DNA of 63,751 nucleotides, filler included, from Olpidium bornovanus S191 (Eukaryota; Fungi; Olpidiomycota): the NCBI GenBank assembly GCA_017911155.1. It is 30 parts of 30 records of this genome, joined end to end, with 100 filler letters (N's around TTAATTAATTAA, not from the genome) between each part and the next. Parts side by side here need not be neighbours in the genome. Positions count along the whole stretch, not along the records: positions 44,769 to 46,188 come from JAEFCI010003628.1; positions 46,289 to 51,492 come from JAEFCI010003732.1; positions 51,593 to 53,938 come from JAEFCI010004667.1; positions 54,039 to 55,995 come from JAEFCI010003702.1; positions 56,096 to 57,335 come from JAEFCI010003307.1; 25 more parts are not named here. One strand, written 5' to 3'. The notes under the pieces were generated by a model. The model worked only from the letters and a program-made list of their open reading frames with translations, did not search any database and was not told the origin of the DNA. The position numbers and the translations under genes are program-made. How positions within the stretch are numbered: the stretch's first letter is position 1; every line of letters starts with the position of its first letter. Below are positions 44,826 through 56,125 of the stretch, in pieces.

Positions 44826-45919
44826 TTCTCTAACTCGGCTTTTTTCGTCAAATCCTCCTTCACTCTCAACAACAACTCCCGTTGACGCAACGCCCTTTGT
44901 CGGTAATGAAATACAAGCCTCGCCTGATTCCCAAGTTGAAACTGCGGATATCAGTTGCGGGAACGGGATTTGTTTTTACGGTTTGGTGCGGAAGGGAAAG
45001 CTGTAAGTGGGCCAGAGTTTTATCACCGGAAACCGAAGACAAGGATCAGCAAATACGACGGTACCTTCGAGACTTCAAACAACTGCTCAACAATCGTCTG
45101 CAGCGGCCGGAAGTACGGCTCGACGTCGGGTGGAGCTGTGTCTCCGACGCTCAAAACGGCTACTGGCGAATTACACAGCGGGCAAGTCGCGGTCTCTACG
45201 ACTGCCGCGCGGCGGCGAAACGGAAAAACGGACGGTGCGGGCGGGGTGTCGCCTTTGCAAGTAAGAAATATATGCCTTTCAACGAACGCAAAGAATTTGC
45301 AACCGGCGTTCTTGGAGGGGCAAAGCGTATGCGCATAAACGGCTTTCCGCGCCAGGCCCCTTAGCTGTTTTTTTATCGACGTCGGTCAGGTTCCGTTTTC
45401 GGGCCCGAAAACGAGGTCTCCTGCGCGCACGCGCGCGCGCCGATCGCGGCTGCGCCAAAAAAAAAAAAAAAACTGCGTCGTACTTCCAAAACGTCGCAAC
45501 TCCTAAAAAGGCGGCGGTTTGGAAGGCAAGCAGGGGTGGCTAGGTTCCGTTTTTCGGCCTCCCAAACGAGGTTGCCTGCGCGCGATCGCGACTTCGCCAA
45601 AAAAAAAAAAAAAAATAAAAAACGTCTCGCGCTCCCGAAACCTCGCAATTCCTTGACGGGCGGCGGGTTGGAAGGCGAGCGGGGGTGGCGGCGGTAGAGC
45701 GAACGACCAAAAAAAAACCAAACAAAGTGACCCTCGAGGCTTACACGGGTCGCAGCACTTTCTGCAAAACACGTGGCCGCACTCTGTTATGGCGAAAGGC
45801 TGCCTGGGCGGTTCTCCTCTCAGCCGCGGGGGCGGCTGCAGCTGGCGGTAGCAGGCGTTACAGTGAAGCCAGAAGGACTCGTCGTCGTCGCCCGTCGGCC
45901 GCTGGTGGTTTTCAGTCAT
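44826..45919 (-). CDS. RNF212: Meiotic RING E3 ligase, Zip3/RNF212 family (partial)
   Basis: FWLHCNACYRQ...FAITECGHVFCRKC; TCPLCNSPVAVLSV...VEPYFRPLQTIVEQLFEVSK-FQLGNQARL then coiled coil. Confidence 0.78.
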
Positions 45920-46123
45920 TCGCGTGGCCTGTTTTCCTTTTTTTTTTCTGGGCCGCAGGATAGGGGAGAGTGGGGGGTCGCCGTCCACGCAGGCGACGAT
46001 CGCAAAAGCGGCCGGGGCCGAGGTGCTGGTGCGCGGAGAGCTGCGCGGCGGCCTCCGAGCAGTCGGCGGAGCGCGGCGGGGTGAACGGGGCCTGGCCCGG
46101 AACGGAAGGCCCGCGCGCGCGTG

Positions 46124-46176
<53 letters not shown>

Positions 46177-46289
46177 GGGGAGGGGGGGNNNNNNNNNNNN
46201 NNNNNNNNNNNNNNNNNNNNNNNNNNNNNNNNTTAATTAATTAANNNNNNNNNNNNNNNNNNNNNNNNNNNNNNNNNNNNNNNNNNNNG

Positions 46290-46747
46290 ACCCCGTCAAC
46301 CGGACCATGCGCAAGGGCAGGTACATCTGGCGGAAGCAGTACTTCATGCAGTTCAAGTACCGGAAGCGGAGCGCCTGGCTGGAGGGCTGCGCGCAGAAGA
46401 AGGCCGTGGTCGTGAAGCTCGTCACGCAGGCGCCCAAAAAACCGAACTCCGCCACCCGCAAGGTCGCCGTAGTCCGCCTCACCACCGGGAAGGAGATCCG
46501 GGCGTACATCCCGGGCATCGGCCACAGCCTCCAGGAGCACAACGTCGTCATGGTCCGCGGCGGCGGGCCGCAGGACCTCGTCGCCGTGCGGTACTCCCTT
46601 TGCCGCGGCGCTTTGGACTTCGCGGGCGTGGTGGGCGCCAGGACCAGCAGGTCCAAGTGGGGCACCAAGAAACCCGACGACCTGAAGCGGGAGGCCAAGC
46701 CGCGACGGAAACCGAGATGGATGTGGGGGTCATCGACTACCGATTGA
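46290..46747 (+). CDS. MRPS12: Mitochondrial ribosomal protein S12 (uS12m), 5' partial
   Basis: [44 protein letters not shown]...RGALDFAGV...RSKWGTKKP. Confidence 0.96.
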
Positions 46748-48591
46748 GGGAAGGACATGGAAACGTGAGGCCCCAAGAAAACAAAAAAAGACCGTAGGAA
46801 GACGCGTTTCGCGTACGTGGTATCGTCTGCGGAAAATACGGCGCGTTACGGCCAAAGCAGGACGGGGACTTGGGGATGGGAAAGAGGCTAAATGGGGCCG
46901 TGGTTCAGCACCCTTGTTTTGATGCCGATTTTGGTTCCGCAACGCCAGAATCGGTTCGTTCCTTTTCTTTTTTTGACTTTTGGGATTTTCCCTGTGTAGG
47001 CAACGAATTAGCCCGGCGCCACTGGTTTTAGCAAGTCGCGCATCAACGGGTTAGAGTCAGCGCGTTTGCTGTGCGAGAAAGAACCAAAGTACAAGGGCGG
47101 TTTGGTGGTCCGCTGCGACGAGACTTCGCCCCCCAGGCATTGCGGAGAGAAAGTCAACGAAGGCAGGAAAAGCCTCCTCGTGGCAAGATGGAAACCAGGG
47201 GCAGCGGGAGCTTGCAGGGAAGTACTGCGTACTGCCCAGTAGCCTGCCAAAACGAGTTCATTTACGCAGGACCACAAGGGGTGTGCCGCGGGGTGCGCGC
47301 TCGCGCCCTGTCCACATACAATGTTTGACTTTCCTTCAGAATTCGTCCTCTTGTTATGCCACTCCACTGGTCTATGGCGATCGATGGCAAGGTCGGGGCA
47401 GCAAGAGCGTGGCGCGCGGTTTGTGGCGAATGTGGTTGTCGGGAAGAAAAAAACGGCGGAAAAAGGGGGAAGTGGGTTGGGGATAAACGTCGGGTAGGGG
47501 AAGGGGTTTTATCAAGTAATTTCTGTGCGCAGCGCGATCTGGAAATTTGTTTTTTCGAGTCTGGCTCTGGATCTGATTTTAGAAAAATCTAGAGAAATTT
47601 TATGGGGTTGTGGCGTGTAGACGTGCTTTATATAGGCCAGGTGCGGCTTGCGGCCGGTGCCTTTGTGCACACGCGCGCGGTGTGGATCTAGACAATGCTT
47701 CTATACTGGCCGCGTACCGCAAGCGCAATACCCAGCATTGCGGTAACAGTACCGGCGGCTGGTTCGCAAATATTCCGAGAAGCGCGGTGCTGGGAGATTT
47801 GCCGATAATATGGCTCCGGCACCGCCGCGCTGGTGCGCACTGTAACACCGTCTTGGCCTTGGTCTTGGTCTGGGCCTAGGTCACGTGTCTACGCTGCTGG
47901 ACACCCTGCGGGACGGCTTGCTGACGTCGCGTGACTCGCGCAGCGGGCGCACTTCGTGCGGCCGCTTGTTTGGGCGCAATCATGACGTCCCGTGGCCATC
48001 GCGGCGTCCACAGCTTGGCAGCGAAAAGAAGGCAGGAGAAAGGGTTTGACGGCCCAGCCGTGGCAGAGGTGTGCTCTTAAGCCCGTGCAAATGCCTCCAG
48101 AGACGCTCGCAAAGTCACGGGTGTCCTAAGCGACATACGGGTGTCCGTAATGGGCAGTGCAGGATGTCCGCAACCCGCCGGTAAATTCCGTTTAGAACCA
48201 GCGGTTTGGCATGTGCTACTGAATCCCGAACTCAATTGGGTTTTTTTATGTGCCTTGCAGAAATAATCTGCCGGACGCCGGCCGAGAGAACCTGAGACAC
48301 CAAAAATTACTCCTATACAAAAAGGTGTGATAATCCCCTGAATCCCCATCATCGACGGAAAACGTAACGCTCGTTCTCTCTCCCGGCCTCCCTGCCGCCA
48401 CACAAACACCGCGTCGCCCTCCTCCACCCCCACCCCCCCTTTTCCCCCCGACCCCCGACGCGGCGAGCCAAGCACAAAAATTCGCGAATAATTTACCTAA
48501 CACCTTTGGGACGAGTAGGATGTCTCTGGGGAACGGCGGAGCTGTTGTGCAGTAAATCCAGCGGGAGTCACAGAGCTCCCGGCACCCGAAT

Positions 48592-50329
48592 CTAGACACC
48601 AACAGTTCCGCGGCGAGCGCCGAGGAATTCGGAGCTCTGCGCTCTCTTGTCCCCCTCGATAATTTTGGCGTACTGCCTCGTCCTCGACTTAACGTCATCG
48701 ATGTGCTCGAGGGCTTCGACGACGTTGGCGGGCGGGGCGTGTTTATTGAGGGCGGCAACCTTCTCCTCGGCTGACAGCGGGAGTCCATCCAGGGTGCTGA
48801 GGTGCGGAATCCGAAACGTTATGGCCACGCGGTAGCCCGCACCGCCCCGGGCGGCGGGGTTTCCGTCCAGCCGAAGGTGCCGCAACGCCGGCAGTGCGGC
48901 CAAGTAGTCCACCTGTTCGGCCGACGACGAGATGGCGTTCGACGACAGGTCCAGCTGCGCCAGCTGTGAGTGCCGCTCCGGGTCCAGCGCCTCCAAACCC
49001 GAAATGGCGTTGTGGCCCAGACGGAGTTCCTCGAGCTCTTGCAGCGTGCCGATATTGGAAAGCCGGCGGATGCGGTTATGGCTCTGGGTGGCGGAGGATT
49101 CGAACGCGGTCACCAGCCGAAACAGCCTGCGGTGCGGGCCGAAACTTTCGGGACCGAAATCCTCACCAAATCGAGAAAGCACAGCGGCAATTTCTCTAAC
49201 CCCGAGATGCTCAAAATCTCGTTGTGCGCCATGCTGAGGTGGGTGAGGCTGCGGCATTCTTGCAGGCCGTTGATCTCGACGATGCGGTTGTCTGCGCACC
49301 GCCGCGAAGGGTGTGCGTGTGCGTGTGCGCGTGTTAAATCGCTGCGGCGCTTTCCACCGTCTCGGCGGACACGGTACGCCGAGACTCACGGTCCAAGCAC
49401 AGCCGCCGCAGGAACCTGTGGCCGCTGAGGTCCCTGATGCGCCTGACGTCGTTGCGGCTTGCGTCCACCTCCTGCAGGTTAAACGGCGGAGGGTCAAAGT
49501 CCAGCAGCTCGGTCAGGCGGTTTGCGCTGATGTCCAGCCGGCAGAGGTAGCGGAGTTTGCCCAGCACTTGGACGTCTGTGCTGCGAGATTCCAGCGAGGG
49601 GGTGATCAGCCTTCGTCGGGAAACTCCCGGAAGGGCCCCAGATCGGGGGAGATGGAACGGAACCGGCCAAGAAACCAACCGGTTATGGCGTTGCCCGCGA
49701 GCTCGAGGGTTTGCAGGAAAGGGTATCGGCCGAGGAAGCCGATGTCGGCGATGCCCTTGTTCTTGCCGGCCCAAAAGGGTTTGAGAATTCGGGTGGAGAG
49801 GGGTCACGGGGTACCGCGGCGCTTTCACTGAAGAGGGAGGGGGGAGGGGAAGACCGAGGCGCGCAGCGGACGGGGGCCGGAGAAAAAAGCTCACCGGGAG
49901 GGAAATAAGCAGGAACACGTCCTGGAGGTCCGCGGCAGCGCAGCCGTGCTCGCGCAGGGCGTGCCGGAGGACCTCGAAGGGCAGGTCGAGTCTCGCTTTG
50001 CGCTCGGTCACCTCCCGGATGCACCTGTCGAGTTCCGACTCCTTCGGTTCGGCCACGTTCAGCTGACTCCTCCCGAAGTCGACGACCGCTTGCGGCGACG
50101 CTTCCTCCTCCTGCCGCTCGTCGGGGGCCGGACCGCCGGCCGGCGGCGGCGGCTGTTCCGCTTGCTGCTGCCGCGACGGGGCCGCCGCCTCGTCGCCTGG
50201 TGCTACTGCCGGCGAGGCTGCCGCAGCCGCCGCCGCCGCAGCGGCGGCAGCGGCAGCGGCAGCAGCGGCGGCAGCATCGGCCGGTTCCCGCACGGGCGCC
50301 GGCAGCGGAGCAGCGATCGGCGGGGCCAT
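48592..50329 (-). CDS. LRGUK: Ciliary leucine-rich-repeat protein, LRGUK-like N-terminal half
   Basis: Poly-Ala N-terminus; LRR exons LCRLDISANRLTELLDFDPPPFNLQEVDASRNDVRRIRDLSGHRFLRRLCLD; NRIVEINGLQECRSLTHLSMAHNEI; LRHLRLDGNP...LSTLDGLPLSAEEKVAALNKHAPPANVV. Confidence 0.7.
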
Positions 50330-50416
50330 GGAGGGCCGACAGACGCAGGGCGGAAACCGCCGCCGGCGGGGAAAACGAAGAGGAAAAGGAGAAAGGGAAT
50401 AGAAGAGGTCGCGTCT

Positions 50417-50431
50417 GTCACGTGACGTCAC
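50417..50431. promoter_or_regulatory. Overlapping E-box/CRE palindromes in a divergent promoter
   Basis: GTCACGTGACGTCAC within the 274-bp gap between the head-to-head ATGs at 50329 (-) and 50604 (+). Confidence 0.45.
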
Positions 50432-50482
50432 TCTCCCGACGCCGCCCGCCACCGCCAAACCGCACGGGAAGAAGGCCGCGGG

Positions 50483-50522
<40 letters not shown>

Positions 50523-50558
50523 CCCCCCCCCCCCCCGCGGGGGCCCCCCCCGGGACCC

Positions 50559-50592
<34 letters not shown>

Positions 50593-50603
50593 AAGGCGCC
50601 ACG

Positions 50604-51492
50604 ATGCTGTGGGAGATGTTCTGCGTCGCAAAGGCCCTTGACAAGGTACCGGGAAGGAACAAGCCGGCGCCGGGTTGCCGCCCCACCCCCCCTCGCTCTT
50701 TAACGCCGGGGCGCGTTTGCCGCCGCGGAATGCGCTTTTTCTTCGCGCGTCTGCAATGCCCGCCTTGCTGGCCCCAGGCCTGGGGAAAATGCGGAGGAAG
50801 TCGGGGCGGGAAGGGAGGGAAGAGCGTCAGACGCCCGGCGCCTTTGGGAACTTTGGAGCGGCGCCCCCGAATTCCCCGTTCGTGAAGAATTCCTCGCGGA
50901 AACAAAAGGCGGGAAAAAGGGACGGGACCGTCTTTGCCTCCTGGAGCGTCGTCTGCATAAGCCGCCTGCCTCGTGTTTTGGGACAGGGGGAGGAGAGGCA
51001 CGTTACTGATTGCGAACCTATCTTTTTTCTCGGACTTCTCTCAGCCGCAATTCACTCCGGTCCTCAAGAGGCTGGTGACGTTTATCTTGGAAAGCGGCGG
51101 TGTCGTCCGCAGCATGCACAACTTGGGGATGGGGCAGGAGCTCGCGGTGAGGATGTACTCCGCCAACGAGCGCCACTACACCGGCAAGTGAGTGTTGTCT
51201 TTGCAAATAGCGAGTGTGGAAAGCCCGTTCCCCGTTTGTCATTTTTGGTCGTCTCGTGTGTCTGCCCAAAAAAAAATTCCTCGGTGCGCTGCTTCCGAGT
51301 TCGCAGGATCGAGTGCCCTGAGAACTGTTTTTTTTACCTATATATGTTTCGTGTCGTGCCCTCCGTCTTCCGCCCTCCGGACACCGGCCGTTTCCAGCGT
51401 TTTCACGATCAACTTTGACGGCAGTCAACGAATGAAGCAGGACCTCTGGCGAATCATCCGGGCAGAACCCAACCTGGTTCGCGTGTCCATGA
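50604..51492 (+). CDS. MRP17: Mitochondrial ribosomal protein S6 (bS6m), 3' partial
   Basis: Exons 50604-50645, 51045-51187 and 51398-: MLWEMFCVAKALDK-PQFTPVLKRLVTFILESGGVVRSMHNLG...-VFTINFDGSQRMKQDLWRIIRAEPNLVRVSM. Confidence 0.87.
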
Positions 51493-51592
51493 NNNNNNNN
51501 NNNNNNNNNNNNNNNNNNNNNNNNNNNNNNNNNNNNTTAATTAATTAANNNNNNNNNNNNNNNNNNNNNNNNNNNNNNNNNNNNNNNNNNNN

Positions 51593-52244
51593 CATGGTTC
51601 CGCCACATCAACGAAGACATCCTCGGCAATCTCTGCCCCGTTCCACTATACATTGACAACCACGGTGTGATTGACATCGCAAAAGACACGCGCAGAATCA
51701 ATAAACGCTCAAAGCATATTGATGCCAGGCATCTTTACGTCGGCGAAGCCGCCTCAGATGGCAAAATTCTTCCAATCACCGTCGCATCAAAAAACAACGT
51801 TACTGATTTGTTCACTAGAGGTCTTCCGCGCCTCGACTTTGAACGCCATCGACTCGCCATCAAGGTCGCCTCCGCACTGTTCAACGAGACCACGTGAGGC
51901 TCCGCCGTTGACAAGGAGCCGTCGTGCGAGACACGAGCCGGACGTACTGCCAAACCTTTCCCGTTCTTTTTGTTTCTTTCGTCTACGCCAAATCATTTTT
52001 CTTTTCGTTCTGTTCGATCCTCCGCACCGTTCATCCCCGTTACCATTCTATCGGGCATCATTCTTCCGTCCGTCCCGGATCGTTTTCGCCCGTCCAATGT
52101 TTTCTTTTTTTTCAAGGATTCGGACTTGAGGGGGGGTGTTGGAGCCCAAAGCCCGCATCCCCGTACACAGCTGTCCCCGTACGTAGAACGCAACGCAACG
52201 CAACGCAACGCAAAATAAATGAAAAAATACGATTAGCACGCACA
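51593..52244 (+). mobile_element. Ty1/copia 3' end: RNase H (to 51897), polypurine tract (52126-52136), 3' LTR from 52137
   Basis: PLYIDNHGVIDIAKD...KRSKHIDARHLYVGE...VASKNNVTDLFTRGLPRLDFERHR; TTGAGGGGGGG immediately followed by TGTTGG; AATAAA at 52214. The LTR right end is uncertain. Confidence 0.9.
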
Positions 52245-52299
52245 CGTTCTGCCGGCGGCACTTGCAAAAGAATTTGTCTGGCTGGTGTCGCTGCTGTAG

Positions 52300-53168
52300 T
52301 GTGCGCGCTGCCGCAATGTGGCCTGTTAATGACTCTAAACCCATTAGAGGAGGCACCGCCGGTGCAATCCTTACTGTACCGTACGGTACCCTGCAGGCCC
52401 GGGGAGTTCTCGACCAACCCACTTGTTAGATTGCCAAAGTCTACCGTCCCTTCTTATTTGTCCCTTCTTCCTCGTTTACGTTACGGCGGTTGGTTGGGAT
52501 CCCATAATGTTATTCTTCTCCTCCCTTATAACGCGTAAATCCTGTTGCAATTCGCTCTGCTCATCTTCCCGTCTTCCTTCTTCACTCCTTTGTATCCCCA
52601 AGTACGTCGGAATGGCTGCCAGTAATGCTTGCACTAGTTGGCCGTTTCCTTTCTTGTGGTCACCGTCTCCATGGGGGCTTCCCCGCTCGGGGTGCCTATC
52701 TTCTGGTTCTTGCGCGACGAGTTCTTCAATGGTCTGTTGGTAGTCTTGAGCTTGTTTCGTCAAATCTGCTACTAGCTATCGGAGTGTTTGTTCTCAGCGT
52801 TAGTGTCCGCGAGCATGTTCTTGATGCTCTGGAGCTCCGTGCGGAGATGGAGTCTCTGGACTCGCAGCGGGTGCCTGCCGTTGTGGCGTCCTGCATCAGG
52901 GTCCGTCCGCTCTCGGCCGTGGCATAGAAGGCATATGACCCGTTTTCCTCTCCCGTCCCGGACGTTTGGAGAGCCCCGGGCATGCCGTAGGCCTGCAGCA
53001 GTTGTCCTCCGTTGAGCATTGTGCTCGCGCTGAGCTGTGGGTCCCTTTTCCATGGTTGATTCTCTTTCTTCCGCGGTTCTGCTGCGGACGGGGAGGAGGC
53101 GGCTGTTCGTCCCTTCGGGGGTTTCTTCTTGTTCTTCTTTGACAAGAAGGTTAGGGCTCATAACCTTG
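52300..53168 (-). mobile_element. Third copia 5' end: LTR 3' terminus, primer site 53154-53165 and degenerate gag
   Basis: ...CAACTACA-A-GGTTATGAGCCCT; gag-like fragments VQRLHLRTELQSIKNM, KQAQDYQQTIEELVAQ and QLVQALLAAIPTYLGI in broken frames. Confidence 0.72.
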
Positions 53169-53818
53169 TAGTTGAAACCCGAGAAGTAGAGCGCCACCGG
53201 GCGTCGTCACGGAGGCGTGGAGCGGCGGTATAAAGAACTTTTGCCTGTCTGTATTCGAGGCATGGACTCATTATATGGCTGGCCCAGATAGGGATTCTAC
53301 GGCAAAGGGAAAGGGGATCGGTGCGTTTGTCGTTTCGCCAGGGACCCCCTATATTTCTCTACATTGGGGGTTCCCGCGGCAGAGCAGGGCTTGGAGGAAG
53401 CAGCGACGGCCGCGGTCGGGGGCACGAGCCGCCGTCGGGGCAACCGGGGGCCCCCGGCGGGCGGCGGTCTCCGCGCGCGCCCGGCGGTTGCCACAGCAAC
53501 GGGCCACACCGCGTTCCGAGAGCACCCGTCGTGCGCGCATCCTTTCTCCACCAATTGCGGTCGCGCCAAACAATAAACTTTTCCCCCCTCACAACCCCTC
53601 GCGTCGCCTGCGGGCAAACGAAAAAAAAAAAAACGGGCGTTAAAAAACAAACGTGTGGCGCCCGTTTTTTTTTTTTTTTTTTTTTTGCCCATTCTGGCCC
53701 CGGCCACGCGCGACCGCCAAGGCAAAATTCGGATGAGCCGAAGGGCCGTTTCCCTTTCTCCCCCAAGAGGAACGGACCTGAAGACGGCCAAGGGAAGGGA
53801 GCCCGTTCAGAGGCTGCC

Positions 53819-53938
53819 ATGGCGACTTCGCTTTGGTCGCCGATCCAGGCGTACGGCGTGGTGATCTACCCGTTTGCGCCGGCCGGCGGACACAGCGAAG
53901 AACAGGGCCAGCCGCGGCCCGGGGCAGGAGGGGGAGGA
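53819..53938 (+). CDS. Probable DOCK-family GEF, N-terminal SH3 start (partial)
   Basis: MATSLWSPIQAYGVVIYPF resembles the first SH3 strand of fungal DOCK proteins; only 40 codons before the gap. Confidence 0.5.
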
Positions 53939-54039
53939 NNNNNNNNNNNNNNNNNNNNNNNNNNNNNNNNNNNNNNNNNNNNTTAATTAATTAANNNNNN
54001 NNNNNNNNNNNNNNNNNNNNNNNNNNNNNNNNNNNNNNC

Positions 54040-55658
54040 ATGAGAACTCTCATTACCTTGTAGGCGCGAACTTGGACACCCTTCGTTCGATTCAGCGGGG
54101 ATCCTGACTCGAGTTTGAAAACGGTTGATCACAGGTCAGTACCAGCTGGGACCGCCGCATTTGCATATGGGACCTAAAGCAGGGAAAGCTACAGGACGTC
54201 TTCCGGAACCCGTACCTACCGCCGTCTAAAGAGGAAATCGCCGCCGACGGCATTATACTTGACTTGGACGTATGCCACGAGAGAAACGAGTTTGCTTACG
54301 CGTCGGCGGACAAGTGTGCCTACGTACGGAAGCTGTCTGCGAAGGGGGACGAGATGAAACTCGTCGCCGTTCTTCAGGACCACGACGCCGAGGTCACACA
54401 GGTCAAGTGGAACAGGGTCCACAAGCAGTGGGTCACGGGATCCGAGGACCGCACAGTGCGGATTTGGGTAATGATGCGGGAGCACCGGCGCTTCTTGTAG
54501 CCGGCGGCCAGACCCCGCTGACAGTTGTCACCTTGTTCAACACACACAGCCTGCCGACAGCCACAAGGCCATCAAGGTGATCAACAACGAGGCCCCCGTA
54601 ACGGCCCTCTGCATCGACACGGCAAACGGTTGTGTAGTGACGGGGTCGTCCGATCGGGTGATTCGCGTTTTCGACGGAGACGTTCTGGTCAAAACCAACC
54701 TCGGCCATACAGACGAGATCAGGTCGCTCATCCACATGCCGAGCCGGAATCAGGTGACCGCTCGAACGCCCGCGATCGATCACGGCCAATTTTCAAAGTC
54801 TGACTCGGTATTTTCGTTGTGGCTTTTCTGCGACATAGTACGTCTCAGCGTCGTGGGACTCAACAATACGCGTGTGGAACGCGCACCTCAAGAGAGGTAC
54901 GGAGACACACGGGGAAACATTTTAGTTGTCAAGGATTCTGAGAAAAGTGTGGTGTAATTACCGTCAGCGCCGTTCGAACTCGATAGGACAAAAGAAAACC
55001 AATCTCAAGGCGGCCGACAACAAAGGACAAGATGCTGCCGGAAATTTCGAAGTCGAGGAAGAGGTGAGCGCGTCAGTTTCGAGGGCAGACGTTTTTTTTT
55101 CCCTCGTTTGTTTTTGTGCGGCTTCTCCGGATGGCGCTCTGCGTGCAGGATGATTGTTGCGGATTGCACGACGATTGAGATACCCTCGCACCCCACAGCA
55201 ACAGCCCTCGTTTTCAGACTTGAACCCGTTAGTGATGCCCAAGATCCTTACGAAGCCGACCTTCACGCGCGAGCTCAGCGTGGGCAAACCCGCCGCGACG
55301 GAAGACTTGAACGAAATGGTCGAGCAGTCTAGGCTACAAGACGAGTTGAGGATGACGCTCAATGAGCTGGAATCCGCGCTGAGTGCTGCCGACGTGAGTT
55401 TGGGCCACCGCGGCCGGACCGTGATCATCTGCGGCCGAATTTGCGGGGAAAAAAAAACAAAAAAAAAATGACGACGCCACCCTGAGCGACCGCTCCGTTC
55501 GCCGGCAAAAGCAGAAGACTTTCCACGGCAAGAAAACGGCAAAGTCCAACCAGCGGCCCGGGTTGTTCGCCACGCCGGCGCGAAATCGGTAGAGAGGAGC
55601 AAATCGGGAGCGCCGCCTTTCCCAGAAAAATGGCTTCCGCCGGCCAGATCGAATCTGA
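54040..55658 (+). CDS. WD40-repeat protein, C-terminal exons
   Basis: VSTSWDRRICIWD; LQDHDAEVTQVKWNRVHKQWVTGSEDRTVRIW; VTGSSDRVIRVFD; GHTDEIRSLIHM; YVSASWDSTIRVWN. Confidence 0.88.
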
Positions 55659-56125
55659 ACAAGCGGTCCGCCCACGGCATCTGCCAAATTCGTCGGGATC
55701 CTGGTGTATCGCGGGCGCAAAAAGGTTTTTTTTCTTTTTCCGAGGGGCCGGAAGAAACGCATTATCACAAAAAGCCGACAACCGGCTGTGCGTCAACCGA
55801 AACAGAATAATTTCTCCTCGAAGACGCGTGGCGCGGGCCGGCCGCGACCGGGGGTTGTCAGCGGAGTTCGGCTGGACGGCTGGCGGGGCTTGATCTGTCC
55901 AAGCGTCCCACGATCCCATCTCAAAATTTTTGTTTGCTATTCAATAATTTTCGCTTTGCGAATTTTTTCTTTCGGATTTTTTGTTTATTACCATGNNNNN
56001 NNNNNNNNNNNNNNNNNNNNNNNNNNNNNNNNNNNNNNNTTAATTAATTAANNNNNNNNNNNNNNNNNNNNNNNNNNNNNNNNNNNNNNNNNNNNCATGG
56101 TCGCGTTCGTGCTTGCCGGACACAG

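Noticed and set aside
5925-51492. Cluster of mitoribosomal genes (S14, S12, S6) as an operon-like or recent organelle transfer
   Set aside because: S14 is on a different contig; all three are normally nuclear in fungi, and S12 and S6 are separated by an unrelated gene.
52376-52389. 14-bp palindrome GTACCGTACGGTAC as a member of the palindrome family
   Set aside because: Different core, single copy, no extended arms, inside a decayed gag.
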